From Candidatus Wildermuthbacteria bacterium RIFCSPHIGHO2_01_FULL_48_27b (GTDB lineage Bacteria; Patescibacteriota; Minisyncoccia; Minisyncoccales; UBA10102), in assembly GCA_001824915.1 (NCBI GenBank), contig MHTS01000009.1:1-38245 (forward strand): a DNA stretch of 38,245 nt. Direction: 5' to 3'. Each line of letters begins with the position of its first letter. Position 1 is the stretch's first letter. Below, piece after piece: positions 8,401 through 17,950 of this stretch. The notes beneath the pieces are model-generated. The model worked only from the letters and a program-made list of their open reading frames with translations, was not told the DNA's origin and ran no database searches. Both the position numbers and the translations under genes were made by a program.

Positions 8401-8751
8401 TTAAAATTCAATGCCCTGCGAGCGTATTTCTTCGGCTAAGACCTTTACGTGCCCGTGGTATTTATATCCACTCCGATCAAACACAATCGCGCCAATTTTT
8501 TGATCCTTCGCCGCCTGCGCGATGCGTTTGCCAATTTCTTTCGAGATCTCTCCTTTCTTCTCTTTGGCTTTGAAGTTCATGTCTGAAAAAGAAGCAAGCA
8601 CATGCCCCTTCTCGTCGTCAATCAACTGGGCGTACATATGTTTGTTCGAACGGAACACTGCCAAACGCGGCCTTGCCGCATTCCCCGTGATTCTCGCGCG
8701 TATTCGTCTATGGCGCCGCATTCTTTTTTCTTTTCGTGTTTCCTTAGTCAT
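8401..8751 (-). CDS. rplR: 50S ribosomal protein uL18
   Basis: RPRLAVFRSNKH.YAQLIDD and VFDRSGYKYHG; start at MTKETR. Confidence 0.96.
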   Translation of the reverse strand: MTKETRKEKRMRRHRRIRARITGNAARPRLAVFRSNKHMYAQLIDDEKGHVLASFSDMNFKAKEKKGEISKEIGKRIAQAAKDQKIGAIVFDRSGYKYHGHVKVLAEEIRSQGIEF

Positions 8752-8752
8752 A

Positions 8753-9307
8753 TTAGGCTTTGCTCCCCGCGGCGGTTGCCGCCTTTTTCCCGAGTTTTCG
8801 ACGTATAACCTCACCTTCATACCGAATACCCTTCCCTTTATAGGGTTCGGGTACTCGCACTTTTCGGATACTTGCCGCAAACTGTCCAACCTCTTCTTTA
8901 TCAATCCCGCTCACCGTAATAATATTCTTCTCAACTACAACCGTTGTATGCGGGGGAAGCTCCATTTTCACGGGGTTGCTAAAACCTACATTCAATGTCA
9001 AAGAATTACCTTCCATTGCAGCCTTATACCCCACCCCTTCGATTTCCAGCCGTTTCGCATACCCTTGGAAAACACCTTGAATCATGTTGGCAAGCAGCGT
9101 GCGCGATAACCCCCATAAAGACTTCCCTAGTTTAGAATTACTTAGTGAATTCACAAGTATGCTACCATCTTTTTGCTCAATAGCAACTTCAGGGCGAAAC
9201 TCACGCGAGAGTTCTCCTTTTGGCCCTTTTACTAGCACCCTTCTGCCTTCAATTCGCACCTCTACCCCCTGCGGTATTTCAATTGGTTTTTTTCCGATTC
9301 TGCTCAT
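8753..9307 (-). CDS. rplF: 50S ribosomal protein uL6
   Basis: MSRIGKKPI and PEPYKGKGIRY. Confidence 0.97.
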   Translation of the reverse strand: MSRIGKKPIEIPQGVEVRIEGRRVLVKGPKGELSREFRPEVAIEQKDGSILVNSLSNSKLGKSLWGLSRTLLANMIQGVFQGYAKRLEIEGVGYKAAMEGNSLTLNVGFSNPVKMELPPHTTVVVEKNIITVSGIDKEEVGQFAASIRKVRVPEPYKGKGIRYEGEVIRRKLGKKAATAAGSKA

Positions 9308-9312
9308 AGCGC

Positions 9313-9702
9313 TTAATAAATTTCGCAAAGCACCTCTCCCCCTACTTTTTCTTTTCGCGCTTCCTTATTTGTCATCAACCCTTTCGAAGTGGAAATAATC
9401 GCAATTCCCAAACCACTTCTTATGCTACGCAACCTCTGCGTAGGCGCGTATACTCTTTGCCCGGGCTTGGAAATACGTTTGACCCCCGCGATCCGCGGAG
9501 CCCCATCTGGATAAAGCAAAACAATGTCGATGAGCTTCTTTGTTCGCTTTCCCTTAAACTCCACGCTTTTTACAAATCCTTTCTGTTCCAAAATTTTCGC
9601 GATCGCATACTTTATCTGCGAAAACGGAACTTCCACCGTTTCTTTTTTCACGGCTTGGGCGTTTACTAAACGATTAAGCATGTCTGCGATTGGATCTTGC
9701 AT
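9313..9702 (-). CDS. rpsH: 30S ribosomal protein uS8
   Basis: DPIADML, ISKPG.RVY and STSKG motifs. Confidence 0.97.
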   Translation of the reverse strand: MQDPIADMLNRLVNAQAVKKETVEVPFSQIKYAIAKILEQKGFVKSVEFKGKRTKKLIDIVLLYPDGAPRIAGVKRISKPGQRVYAPTQRLRSIRSGLGIAIISTSKGLMTNKEARKEKVGGEVLCEIY

Positions 9703-9718
9703 AGTGAGTGTAGTCGAA

Positions 9719-9904
9719 CTACCAACTTGATTTCGTAATCCCCGGTATTAATCCCTGGTTTGCCATTTCCCGAAAACAAATGCGGCACAAGTCAAAATCC
9801 CGCATATACCCGCGTTTTCTCCCGCATCGAAAACATCGGTTCAAAGTCCGGCTTGAAAATTTTGGCTTTTTCTTTGCTTTTGAAATGTGGGCTTTACTTG
9901 CCAT
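9719..9904 (-). CDS. rpsN: 30S ribosomal protein uS14, zinc-binding type Z
   Basis: RC.RCGR...LCRICFRE...KSSW; 61 aa. Confidence 0.97.
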   Translation of the reverse strand: MASKAHISKAKKKPKFSSRTLNRCFRCGRKRGYMRDFDLCRICFREMANQGLIPGITKSSW

Positions 9905-9909
9905 ATTCG

Positions 9910-10470
9910 TTAATCATGTTTAATGGGAAATCCCAACAAGCGGAATAACTCTAGCCCTTCTTCTTTGGTTTTCGCAGTTGTCGTAACTGTTACCTGGAGT
10001 CCGAAAATATCTCTTGCCTTCTCCGGGGAAACCTCCGGGAAAAAGATATGCTCTCGAATGCCGATTGCAAGATTCCCTCTTTCATCAACATTGGAAAGTG
10101 GCAATCCCCGAAAATCTCTTGAACGCGGAAGCACCACATGAATCAGCCGCTCAAGAAAACCATATATCTTTGCACCCCGTAATGTTACCTTAGCACCTAT
10201 GGGCGTTCCCTCGCGAAGCTTAAAGCCGGCGATAGACTGCTTGGCTCGGGTTAGCATAGCGCGCTGGCCGGCGATACTCGACATATCTCCTACGATCGCC
10301 TCCAGTGTTTTCCGATGATCATCGCCGGATTTTGCGGTAATTAATTTTCCAAATCCGGTATTTAACACCACCTTTTCCAAACGTGGGACAGCCATAACGC
10401 TCTTATAGCCAAACTTCTTCATCATAGCGGGGATAACTTCTTTTTCGTATTTCTCTTTTAAGCCTGTCAT
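9910..10470 (-). CDS. rplE: 50S ribosomal protein uL5
   Basis: [20 protein letters not shown] and LPRSRDFRG; start MTGLKEKY. Confidence 0.97.
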   Translation of the reverse strand: MTGLKEKYEKEVIPAMMKKFGYKSVMAVPRLEKVVLNTGFGKLITAKSGDDHRKTLEAIVGDMSSIAGQRAMLTRAKQSIAGFKLREGTPIGAKVTLRGAKIYGFLERLIHVVLPRSRDFRGLPLSNVDERGNLAIGIREHIFFPEVSPEKARDIFGLQVTVTTTAKTKEEGLELFRLLGFPIKHD

Positions 10471-10471
10471 A

Positions 10472-10777
10472 CTAGATTTCAGCTCCGCATTTTTTGCATA
10501 TCCGCGACTTTTTCTTCCCCGCCACCGCATAGCCCACTCGTGTCGGCTTTCCACATTTTTCGCATACAAGCTTTACCGATGAGACAGAAAACATAGCCGG
10601 CATCTCCACGATCTGCCCTTTCTGATCTGCGCGTTTTGCCTTGACGTGTTTTTTGCGTATGTTAACTCCCTCGACAACTATTCTAGCCTCGCGCGGAAAC
10701 GCCCGCAAAACCTTTCCTTTCTTCCCTCGATCTTTCCCAGTAGTCACTATTATATTGTCACCTTTCTTGACTCTCAT
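10472..10777 (-). CDS. rplX: 50S ribosomal protein uL24
   Basis: KKGD....GKDRGKKG and VEGVN motifs. Confidence 0.97.
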   Translation of the reverse strand: MRVKKGDNIIVTTGKDRGKKGKVLRAFPREARIVVEGVNIRKKHVKAKRADQKGQIVEMPAMFSVSSVKLVCEKCGKPTRVGYAVAGKKKSRICKKCGAEI

Positions 10778-11142
10778 AATATTTCGGGAGCTAGCGCCGC
10801 AATCTTCGTAAATCCTTTATCTCGTATTTCTCTCGGGATCGGACCAAATACTCTTCCACCCTTGGGCTCTTTTTCTTTCTCTAAAAGAACAGCCGCATTT
10901 TCGCTAAAAGCGATATACGAACCATCCGCGCGTCGAAATGGTTTTCTTTGCCGCACCACAACCGCCCGGACAACTTCGTGCTTTTTTACCGTCTTTCTCG
11001 GTTCTGCTTCCTTCACGGCAGCGACAATTATATCGCCAATTTGCGCGTATCGCCGGCGCGTACCTCCCATCACGTGAAAACACTGGATGATTTTTGCGCC
11101 GGTGTTATCTGCGACTTTGAGTTTGGTTCTTGGTTGAATCAT
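10774..11142 (-). CDS. rplN: 50S ribosomal protein uL14
   Basis: [14 protein letters not shown] and FGPI.RE; 122 aa. Confidence 0.98.
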   Translation of the reverse strand: MIQPRTKLKVADNTGAKIIQCFHVMGGTRRRYAQIGDIIVAAVKEAEPRKTVKKHEVVRAVVVRQRKPFRRADGSYIAFSENAAVLLEKEKEPKGGRVFGPIPREIRDKGFTKIAALAPEIL

Positions 11143-11372
11143 AATTTTTCTACTACTCTCCAACGTTTATCCTTACTCAAAGGCCTTGATTCTTCAATAA
11201 CGACTCTATCGCCAGTATGAAATTCTCCCTTCTCATCGTGCGCCTTGTATTTTTCGTGTATCTGAATACGCCGCAGATATTTGGGATGCTGCTTGAATCT
11301 AACCGTTTCCACTACCACAGTCTTTGTCATCTTGTCTGAAACAATTATTCCAGTTAACCTTCGTTTGCTCAT
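11139..11372 (-). CDS. rpsQ: 30S ribosomal protein uS17
   Basis: VSDKM.KTVVV, HPKY and SRPLSK.KRW motifs. Confidence 0.97.
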   Translation of the reverse strand: MSKRRLTGIIVSDKMTKTVVVETVRFKQHPKYLRRIQIHEKYKAHDEKGEFHTGDRVVIEESRPLSKDKRWRVVEKL

Positions 11373-11376
11373 AGTT

Positions 11377-11562
11377 CTACTGTTTCTGTCTTATCAACGT
11401 TAATATTCGCGCGATGCTTCTTCGTATCTCTCGAATCCCGCGCACATTTTTTACTTTGCCTCCGGGCAGATCAAACCTCAACTGTTGAAGTTTTGCGCGT
11501 TGTTCTCTGAGCATCTTCTGCAGTTCTGCCACGGTCTTTTTCTGTAAATCAAGAGTCTCCAT
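11377..11562 (-). CDS. rpmC: 50S ribosomal protein uL29
   Basis: LRF......KN...IR..RR.IARILT motif. Confidence 0.94.
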   Translation of the reverse strand: METLDLQKKTVAELQKMLREQRAKLQQLRFDLPGGKVKNVRGIREIRRSIARILTLIRQKQ

Positions 11563-11568
11563 ACGGAT

Positions 11569-11979
11569 TTAACGTTTCACAATTTTCGTCTTTAAGGGTA
11601 ACTTTGCCGCGGCTTTGCGTAATGCGTCTCTCGCAGCTTCTTCTGCCAAACCATCTACCTCAAAAAGCATTCTTCCGGGCTTCACGGCCACCGCATAATG
11701 GTCTACGCCGCCTTTCCCGCCGCCCATGGGCACCTCCGCTCCCTTTTTGGTAACCGGCTTGTCCGGAAATACGCGAGTCCACATCTTTCCGCCCTTCCGA
11801 AGATACCGAATAATCGCCCTTCGCGAAGCTTCCAGCTGGCGTGCTGAAACCCACTTCGTCCCTTCGGATTTCAAACCGTAAGAGCCGAAAGAAATTTCGG
11901 TTCCCCGAGACTCTACTCCCTTCTCTCGAGATCTTCCCTTCATCCATTTTCTATGTTTTACCTTTTTGGGCGTAAGCAT
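11569..11979 (-). CDS. rplP: 50S ribosomal protein uL16
   Basis: ML.PKKVKHRK, FPDKPVT and MG.GKG motifs. Confidence 0.97.
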   Translation of the reverse strand: MLTPKKVKHRKWMKGRSREKGVESRGTEISFGSYGLKSEGTKWVSARQLEASRRAIIRYLRKGGKMWTRVFPDKPVTKKGAEVPMGGGKGGVDHYAVAVKPGRMLFEVDGLAEEAARDALRKAAAKLPLKTKIVKR

Positions 11980-11981
11980 AA

Positions 11982-12680
11982 CTAGTCAAATTTTTCCCCT
12001 TTATACATCCATACTTTCACTCCAATCATTCCATATGTGGTCTTCGCTTCTCGCAGCGCGTAGTCGATTCGAGCACGCAATGTTTGCAAGGGCAATCTTC
12101 CCATACTTAGTTTCTCTCTTCTGGCGATATCGGTGCCTCCGAGCCTTCCCGATACTTCCACTCGCACGCCTTCAATTTCTTTGTTTGCCATCATCTTCCC
12201 GATAGCCTGTTTCATTACTTTTCGGTGCGGCATCCGCTTTTCAAGCTGCTGAGCAACCCATTGGGCCGTCAAAGAGGCTGAAGCCCAAGGGTTTTTAATC
12301 TCCCGTATTTCGAGCCGAATTTCGCGTTTCCGGCTGTCGGTTGCTTTCCTCGCCGACTCAAGGCGGGTCCCCTGATATCTACTCTTTTTATCTGTTTCCA
12401 AAATTTTTACAAGGGTTCTGCGCAATTCTTCAATGCCAGAACCCCCGCGGCCAATAAGCAATCCCGGCCTTGACGTATTAATGATAACCAAAATTTTCCC
12501 GGCAAACCGTTCGATCTCAACACTTTCAATACCAGCTTCCTTTAGTTTTTTTGTGATATGCGTGCGTATCAAGTAGTCTTCGCGCAAAGCTTCAGGATAC
12601 GCGGAGCGCTCGAACCAGCGCGAATACCAATCGGCTGTTTCTCGCGTGCGGAATATTTTTGGGTGAACTTTATGCGCCAT
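11982..12680 (-). CDS. rpsC: 30S ribosomal protein uS3 with a ~20-aa insertion after the KH helix
   Basis: KVHP..FR, RPG..IGR.G, SGRLGG..IAR and PLQTLRA.IDY motifs. Confidence 0.97.
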   Translation of the reverse strand: MAHKVHPKIFRTRETADWYSRWFERSAYPEALREDYLIRTHITKKLKEAGIESVEIERFAGKILVIINTSRPGLLIGRGGSGIEELRRTLVKILETDKKSRYQGTRLESARKATDSRKREIRLEIREIKNPWASASLTAQWVAQQLEKRMPHRKVMKQAIGKMMANKEIEGVRVEVSGRLGGTDIARREKLSMGRLPLQTLRARIDYALREAKTTYGMIGVKVWMYKGEKFD

Positions 12681-12696
12681 ATTTCAAACTAAAAGT

Positions 12697-13206
12697 CTAA
12701 ACCGTCTTTCTTCTAAAGAATCTCGCGGTTCTCGCATTTCTTTTTGCTTGCGCAATTTCCTTTTCTGCTCGAAACTTTGGCTTTCCGCCCAAACCAGCCT
12801 TGCTAAGTTGCGGCGCGGCCGCCCCAATATCCTTGGGGTTTTGAGCGGATTGCTTTTTCTTAGCTCCCGCGGTCGGAACAATTTCATCGAGCACCATGGT
12901 AATATGGGAAGTCTTTTTCTGAATGGGATAGGCGCGTCCTCGCGCGCGAGGACGATATCGCTTGAGTTTCGACCCCTCCTGAACATCCAGTCTTGCTATA
13001 TATAAATTCGCCTCATCAAGCTGAAAATTTTGGGCCGCCGCCAATGCGGCTCGCAACGCTTTCTGCAAAGGATCGGCTGCGTTTTTCGTGCAAAACCGCA
13101 ATATAGCGTTTGCTTCGCTCGCTTTTTTCCCGCGTATCAACTCTGCGACGAGTCTGACTTTCCGGGGCGCAATTCTTAAATATCGCAATGTTGCCTTTGA
13201 CTGCAT
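12697..13206 (-). CDS. rplV: 50S ribosomal protein uL22 with a long C-terminal extension
   Basis: R.APRKVRLVA and PRARGRA..I.K.TSHIT motifs. Confidence 0.96.
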   Translation of the reverse strand: MQSKATLRYLRIAPRKVRLVAELIRGKKASEANAILRFCTKNAADPLQKALRAALAAAQNFQLDEANLYIARLDVQEGSKLKRYRPRARGRAYPIQKKTSHITMVLDEIVPTAGAKKKQSAQNPKDIGAAAPQLSKAGLGGKPKFRAEKEIAQAKRNARTARFFRRKTV

Positions 13207-13212
13207 ATGTTT

Positions 13213-13530
13213 TTATTCTTTCTTGGGCTCAACCCGAGCCTTCACCGCCTGGCCCTGCTCGAGCTCTTTCTGCATTCTCCCTCCATGTCTCGAAAACTTC
13301 GTAGTTGGCGAAAATTCCCCTAATTTATGCCCCACCATTGCCTCTGCTACATTTACATTTACAAAAGTCTTCCCATTATGCACCGCAAAAATAAATCCCA
13401 CCATTTCAGGGCTAATGATTGAGGAACGCGACCACGTTTTCACCGCGGTCTTGCCGTCGGGCTTCACGCCTTTCAGCTTTCGGAGCAACCGTTCTTCGAT
13501 ATATGGGCCTTTTTTCAGCGAGCGTGGCAT
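13213..13530 (-). CDS. rpsS: 30S ribosomal protein uS19
   Basis: RSLKKGP, TWSR.S and [11 protein letters not shown] motifs. Confidence 0.98.
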   Translation of the reverse strand: MPRSLKKGPYIEERLLRKLKGVKPDGKTAVKTWSRSSIISPEMVGFIFAVHNGKTFVNVNVAEAMVGHKLGEFSPTTKFSRHGGRMQKELEQGQAVKARVEPKKE

Positions 13531-13533
13531 AGA

Positions 13534-14325
13534 TTATCTTTCCTTCTTTTTCTTCTTTCTTCTCGATATAATAAATGTATTCGTCCACTTCTTTGATCTT
13601 CTGGTTTTTACTCCGAGTGCCGGTTTGCCCCAAGGAGTTTTTGGATATTTCAAACCAATAGGCTGCCTTCCCTCTCCGCCTCCATGAGGATGATCCACAG
13701 GATTCATGGCGGTTCCGCGCACATGAGGCCTCCGCCCCTTGAGCCGCGAACGCCCCGCGTTTTTTACTCGTTCATACATGAATTCCGGATTTGAAACCAT
13801 TCCAATAGAACAGAAAGACTCGCCCAACACTCTCCTTATTTCGCTCGACGGAAATGCGAGCTGCGTGTACTTGCCCTCGTGCGCTTCCACGCGCGAGGAA
13901 TTTCCGGCGGAGCGAACCATTGTTCCTCCTTGGCCAGGCATCAACTCAATGTTATATATTTGTTCGCCCGGCGGAACATTTTTCAGCTTCATCCGATTTC
14001 CTATTTTCACATCAGTTTTCTCGTCGCACAAAATCTCGTCTCCCGCTCGAATCCCGTGAGGAGCCAACATATAGAATTTGGATCCATCCGCATATTCTAC
14101 AAGCATAATCAAAGCGTTCCGATTGGGATCATATTCGATTGCGCTTACACGTCCTTTTTGCCCCATCTGAACTTGCCCGAACATAATCTTCCGGTAAAGT
14201 TTCCTTGCCCCTCCTCCTCGATGCCGTATTGTAATACGCCCGGTATTACCACGCCCTCCGGTCTTCGGGAGGCGCATAAGCAAACGCTTTTCGGGTTCTT
14301 TTTTTGTCAGAATTCCGCGTTTCAT
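13534..14325 (-). CDS. rplB: 50S ribosomal protein uL2 (short N-terminus)
   Basis: GRIT.RHRGGG, IEYDPNR and AMNPVDHPHGGGEG motifs. Confidence 0.98.
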   Translation of the reverse strand: MKRGILTKKEPEKRLLMRLPKTGGRGNTGRITIRHRGGGARKLYRKIMFGQVQMGQKGRVSAIEYDPNRNALIMLVEYADGSKFYMLAPHGIRAGDEILCDEKTDVKIGNRMKLKNVPPGEQIYNIELMPGQGGTMVRSAGNSSRVEAHEGKYTQLAFPSSEIRRVLGESFCSIGMVSNPEFMYERVKNAGRSRLKGRRPHVRGTAMNPVDHPHGGGEGRQPIGLKYPKTPWGKPALGVKTRRSKKWTNTFIISRRKKKKKER

Positions 14326-14693
14326 GTTGGCAATATTTCTATCTTTTGTCCAGCTCTTATTTGCACAATCGCTTTTTTATACCCCTGTTTCACTCCTTTT
14401 ATTTTCCCCAGTCTCATCTTCTTTGGATGCACGTTCACGATTCGCGTCTTCAGCACGGTTACACCATACTTATTCGCCACATCCCTTCCAATTTCTTTTT
14501 TGTTTGCCGAAGACTTTACCACAAACACATATTGATTCTTTGCGGCCAAATCAGTCGCTTTTTCCGTAATATGAGGTCGAATAAGGTGCTGAATAGAACC
14601 AACTTCAACCTGCTGCGGGGATTCCGCTTTTTTTGCTTTCGTTGCTTTCAAAGACACTTTTTTCTTTTTTTCAAAAATATTTAAAGCGGCCAT
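14322..14693 (-). CDS. rplW: 50S ribosomal protein uL23
   Basis: P.ITEKA, YVF.V...ANK.EI and KKAIV motifs. Confidence 0.95.
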   Translation of the reverse strand: MAALNIFEKKKKVSLKATKAKKAESPQQVEVGSIQHLIRPHITEKATDLAAKNQYVFVVKSSANKKEIGRDVANKYGVTVLKTRIVNVHPKKMRLGKIKGVKQGYKKAIVQIRAGQKIEILPT

Positions 14694-14694
14694 A

Positions 14695-15330
14695 CTATTT
14701 CACAAATGTTTCCTCGATTACTCGCACAGAATCCTTCGGCATCACCAAGTACTTTGCCTGTACCAAATCCAATACGTTGAGCTCGCGCGCCTGCATCGTT
14801 TTTGCGAAAGCAAGATTATTCCCCGCGTGGATGAGCTCTTGATTCATTGCGGGCAAAACCAGCAATAGCCTCTTATTATCGCAAGGCAGCTTCCGCAGCA
14901 GAGTTGCCAACTCCTTGGTCTTCCCGCTTTCAAGTTTCAAATCTTCCAATAAAACTAGCAAATCCCCCTTCGCTTTTGCGGAAAGAACCATGGAAAGCGC
15001 CTTTCTGCGCATTTTTTTGTTAATTTTTTTGACAAAATTGCGTTCTGAACTCGGCCCATGTGTCACGCCACCTCCTTTCCAAATGGGCGAACGAATCGAG
15101 CCGTGGCGCGCCCTCCCTGTATGCTTTTGAGCCCAAGGTTTTCGCCCGCCGCCAGAAACCTCTCCCCGCCCTTTGGTATCAGCTAAAATCTGGCGCCGAT
15201 TTGCTTGTTGCAACACCATCACGCGATGCACCAAATCGGAATTCAGCTCAACCCCAAAAATCTTCTCGGGCAACTTCATTGTCCCCGCCTCTTTTCCTTC
15301 GCTGTTATATGTTTTCACGCTGATACTCAT
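14695..15330 (-). CDS. rplD: 50S ribosomal protein uL4
   Basis: RGEVSGGGRKPW.QK.TGRARHGSIRSP motif. Confidence 0.98.
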   Translation of the reverse strand: MSISVKTYNSEGKEAGTMKLPEKIFGVELNSDLVHRVMVLQQANRRQILADTKGRGEVSGGGRKPWAQKHTGRARHGSIRSPIWKGGGVTHGPSSERNFVKKINKKMRRKALSMVLSAKAKGDLLVLLEDLKLESGKTKELATLLRKLPCDNKRLLLVLPAMNQELIHAGNNLAFAKTMQARELNVLDLVQAKYLVMPKDSVRVIEETFVK

Positions 15331-15339
15331 ACGTAATCA

Positions 15340-15930
15340 TTATCCGCGGATTTCGAGCAGCGTACCCGGGCGTCCGGGAACCGCTCCCTGTATCGCTAGT
15401 ATATTGTTCTCTTTATCCACCCTCGCGATTTTTAAGTTTTTCACTGTCACCCGTTCTGAACCCATGCGTCCCGGCATCCTCCTGCCTTTGATCACCCGCT
15501 GCGGAAAACGCATTCCTGTGGACCCAAGCGTTCGATGTTCGTGCTTCACGCCATGCGACTGATTTCTGCCTGAAAATCCATGCCGTTTCACGGCACCCTG
15601 AAACCCTTTTCCCTTTGAAATTCCAGAAACTCGCACTATATCCCCCTCTTCGAACACCGAAACGTCGAGCACAATGCCCGCTTCACTCTGCCCCTCTTTC
15701 GTTCGAAATTCCCGAAGCGCAAAAAACGGTTTTTGTTTCCTGGATTTTGTAAGCTTCTTTCTCTTGGTTATTTCCTCAAATCCTACCTGGACTGCGTCGT
15801 ACCCGTCTTTCGCTTTTGTTTTCACTTGCGTAATCTTGCAAGGTCCGGCCTGAACTAAGGTAATGGGAACTACCTTTTCATTCTGGAATATCTGCGTCAT
15901 TCCAATTTTTTTACCTAATATCGCTTTCAT
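15340..15930 (-). CDS. rplC: 50S ribosomal protein uL3
   Basis: G.KIGMTQ, SKGKGFQG.VKRH and MPGRMG motifs; start MKAILG. Confidence 0.98.
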   Translation of the reverse strand: MKAILGKKIGMTQIFQNEKVVPITLVQAGPCKITQVKTKAKDGYDAVQVGFEEITKRKKLTKSRKQKPFFALREFRTKEGQSEAGIVLDVSVFEEGDIVRVSGISKGKGFQGAVKRHGFSGRNQSHGVKHEHRTLGSTGMRFPQRVIKGRRMPGRMGSERVTVKNLKIARVDKENNILAIQGAVPGRPGTLLEIRG

Positions 15931-15940
15931 AACTTCACAC

Positions 15941-15964
15941 AAAACCGGGGGTCTAACCCCCGGC
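15941..15964 (-). terminator. Terminator-like or REP-like hairpin just upstream of rplC
   Basis: CCGGGGGU-UAG-ACCCCCGG followed by UUUUGUGUG. Confidence 0.5.
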
Positions 15965-16038
15965 TTGCGGCCCGCTTTCAGGTTAGTACCTTAGATTTTA
16001 GGCGTTGGTAAAGCAAAAAATCATTTGCTTGTTATATA

Positions 16039-16386
16039 TCACATTTTAATCTCGATGTCTACTCCGGCAGGAAGATTCAAGTTGGTGAGGGCATCGATAA
16101 CTTTCGGATTCGGGCTCAAAATGTCAATCAACCGCTTGTGGGTCCGCATTTCATACTGCTCTCTCGCGTCTTTATGCACAAAAGAAGATCGGTTTACCGT
16201 ATACTTCCGGATGGCGGTCGGAAGAGGCACAGGACCTACCAGCTCACACCCTTGTCTGATCACTGTATCAATAATCTGCTTGCAGGAAGCGTCGATAACC
16301 TTATGGTCATACGCGGAAATCTTAATCCGCAGCTTCTGCTCTATTCCTTTTTCCCCCGCCGCCGGGCGGACTGTCGGTTTTGCCAT
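16039..16386 (-). CDS. rpsJ: 30S ribosomal protein uS10
   Basis: LRI...AYDH, GPVPLPT and REQYEMRTHKRLIDI motifs. Confidence 0.98.
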   Translation of the reverse strand: MAKPTVRPAAGEKGIEQKLRIKISAYDHKVIDASCKQIIDTVIRQGCELVGPVPLPTAIRKYTVNRSSFVHKDAREQYEMRTHKRLIDILSPNPKVIDALTNLNLPAGVDIEIKM

Positions 16387-16413
16387 TGTCTTTTTGAAGT
16401 TCTCCTTGGGTGC

Positions 16414-16442
16414 AAAACGAAATCCCGATCAACGGGATTTCG
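16414..16442 (-). terminator. Intrinsic terminator after tuf
   Basis: 10-bp perfect stem CGAAATCCCG/CGGGATTTCG followed by UUUU. Confidence 0.7.
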
Positions 16443-16451
16443 CGATATTCA

Positions 16452-17645
16452 CTACTGTATAATCTTCGTTACTACTCCCGCGCCAACCGTTTTGCCTCCT
16501 TCGCGAATTGCGAATCGCTGTTGCGCTTCCATTGCGATTGGCACCAAAAGTTTTACTTTAAAGGTAATAGTATCGCCGGGCATTACCATCTCGGTTCCCT
16601 CTGGCAATTCAACCTCTCCTGTTACATCGGTCGTTCGGAAATAGAACTGGGGCTTGTATCCCTTAAAGAACGGGGTGTGCCGTCCGCCCTCTTCTTTAGT
16701 CAAAATATATACTTCCGCGTCAAATTCGGTGTGGGGCGTAACCGAACCCGGTTTTGCCAATACTTGTCCGCGCTCAACGTCCTCTTTTTTCAACCCGCGA
16801 AGCAAGATCCCCACGTTGTCACCCGCCCTTCCTTCGTCCAACATCTTATTGAACATTTCCGCGCTTACGGCTACCGTCTTTGCGGTAGGCTTAATGCCCA
16901 CAATTTCAATCTCGTCGTTTGGCCGAATAACTCCTCTTTCAATTCTTCCCGTTGCGACCGTCCCCCGCCCCTCAATGGAGAATACGTCTTCCACCGCCAT
17001 TAAGAATGGCTTGTCGATTTCACGCACCGGCTCTGGGACATTTTCGTCCACCGCCTTCATCAAGTCCAGAATTGGCTTCGCGACTTCATCGTCCGCGGAC
17101 TTAGCTTCCAACGCTTTTAAGGCAGACCCGCGAATAATAGGTACCGTATCGCCGGGGAAATTGTATTTGTTCAGCAATTCCCGTATTTCCGATTCCACAA
17201 GATCAATAATTTCCGGATCATCCACCATATCAACTTTGTTCAAAAACACTACCACATAAGGCAGACCAACCTGACGAGCAAGCAAAATGTGCTCTCTCGT
17301 TTGGGGCATAGGACCATCAGGAGCGGAAACCACCAAAATCGCCCCGTCCATTTGGGCGGCTCCCGTAATCATATTTTTAATGTAGTCGGCATGTCCCGGC
17401 GCGTCGATGTGCGCGTAGTGGCGTTTTTCCGTTTCGTACTCCAAATGAGTAAGCGAAATAGTAATGCCTCTCTGCTTCTCTTCGGGCGCAGAATCGATTT
17501 GGTCTACGCTCTTTTCGGTTACAGCGAATCCTTTGAGCTTTAGCACATGAAGGATTGCCGCAGACAACGTGGTTTTCCCATGGTCAACGTGGCCAATGGT
17601 GCCGACATTGACGTGGGGTTTGGTTCGTTGAAATTTTCCGGCCAT
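16452..17645 (-). CDS. tuf: Elongation factor Tu
   Basis: [26 protein letters not shown] and FAIREGG motifs. Confidence 0.99.
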   Translation of the reverse strand: MAGKFQRTKPHVNVGTIGHVDHGKTTLSAAILHVLKLKGFAVTEKSVDQIDSAPEEKQRGITISLTHLEYETEKRHYAHIDAPGHADYIKNMITGAAQMDGAILVVSAPDGPMPQTREHILLARQVGLPYVVVFLNKVDMVDDPEIIDLVESEIRELLNKYNFPGDTVPIIRGSALKALEAKSADDEVAKPILDLMKAVDENVPEPVREIDKPFLMAVEDVFSIEGRGTVATGRIERGVIRPNDEIEIVGIKPTAKTVAVSAEMFNKMLDEGRAGDNVGILLRGLKKEDVERGQVLAKPGSVTPHTEFDAEVYILTKEEGGRHTPFFKGYKPQFYFRTTDVTGEVELPEGTEMVMPGDTITFKVKLLVPIAMEAQQRFAIREGGKTVGAGVVTKIIQ

Positions 17646-17689
17646 AGAAATATTTTTTAATTAGTTTTAGTTATTGAATCAGTATACGC

Positions 17690-17947
17690 TCAAAGCGGCA
17701 AATCGTCAATGCTAAGCTCTTCTGTTTTTTCCTCCACGCGCGGAGGAGTCGGACGCAAAGCCTGCTCTGTCTGTACAGAAGGAGCCCTTTCCTCTTGGAA
17801 TGCGCTCTGGCTCAGCCTCGACTCGGGCCGTGGGGCGCGCCGCCATTCCTCAAAAGACATAATCACCATCTGGGGCTTGTTATTCTCCACGATAACTATT
17901 TTACCCCCTTCCCTTTTTATAATTTCTTTGATCTCGTTTAAATCCAT
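17690..17947 (-). CDS. Small protein with a Phd/YefM-like N-terminus and an acidic DDLPL tail
   Basis: Fills the fusA-tuf gap; IVIVENNKPQMVIMSFEEW resembles the Phd beta-beta-alpha motif. Confidence 0.7.
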   Translation of the reverse strand: MDLNEIKEIIKREGGKIVIVENNKPQMVIMSFEEWRRAPRPESRLSQSAFQEERAPSVQTEQALRPTPPRVEEKTEELSIDDLPL

Positions 17948-17950
17948 ATA

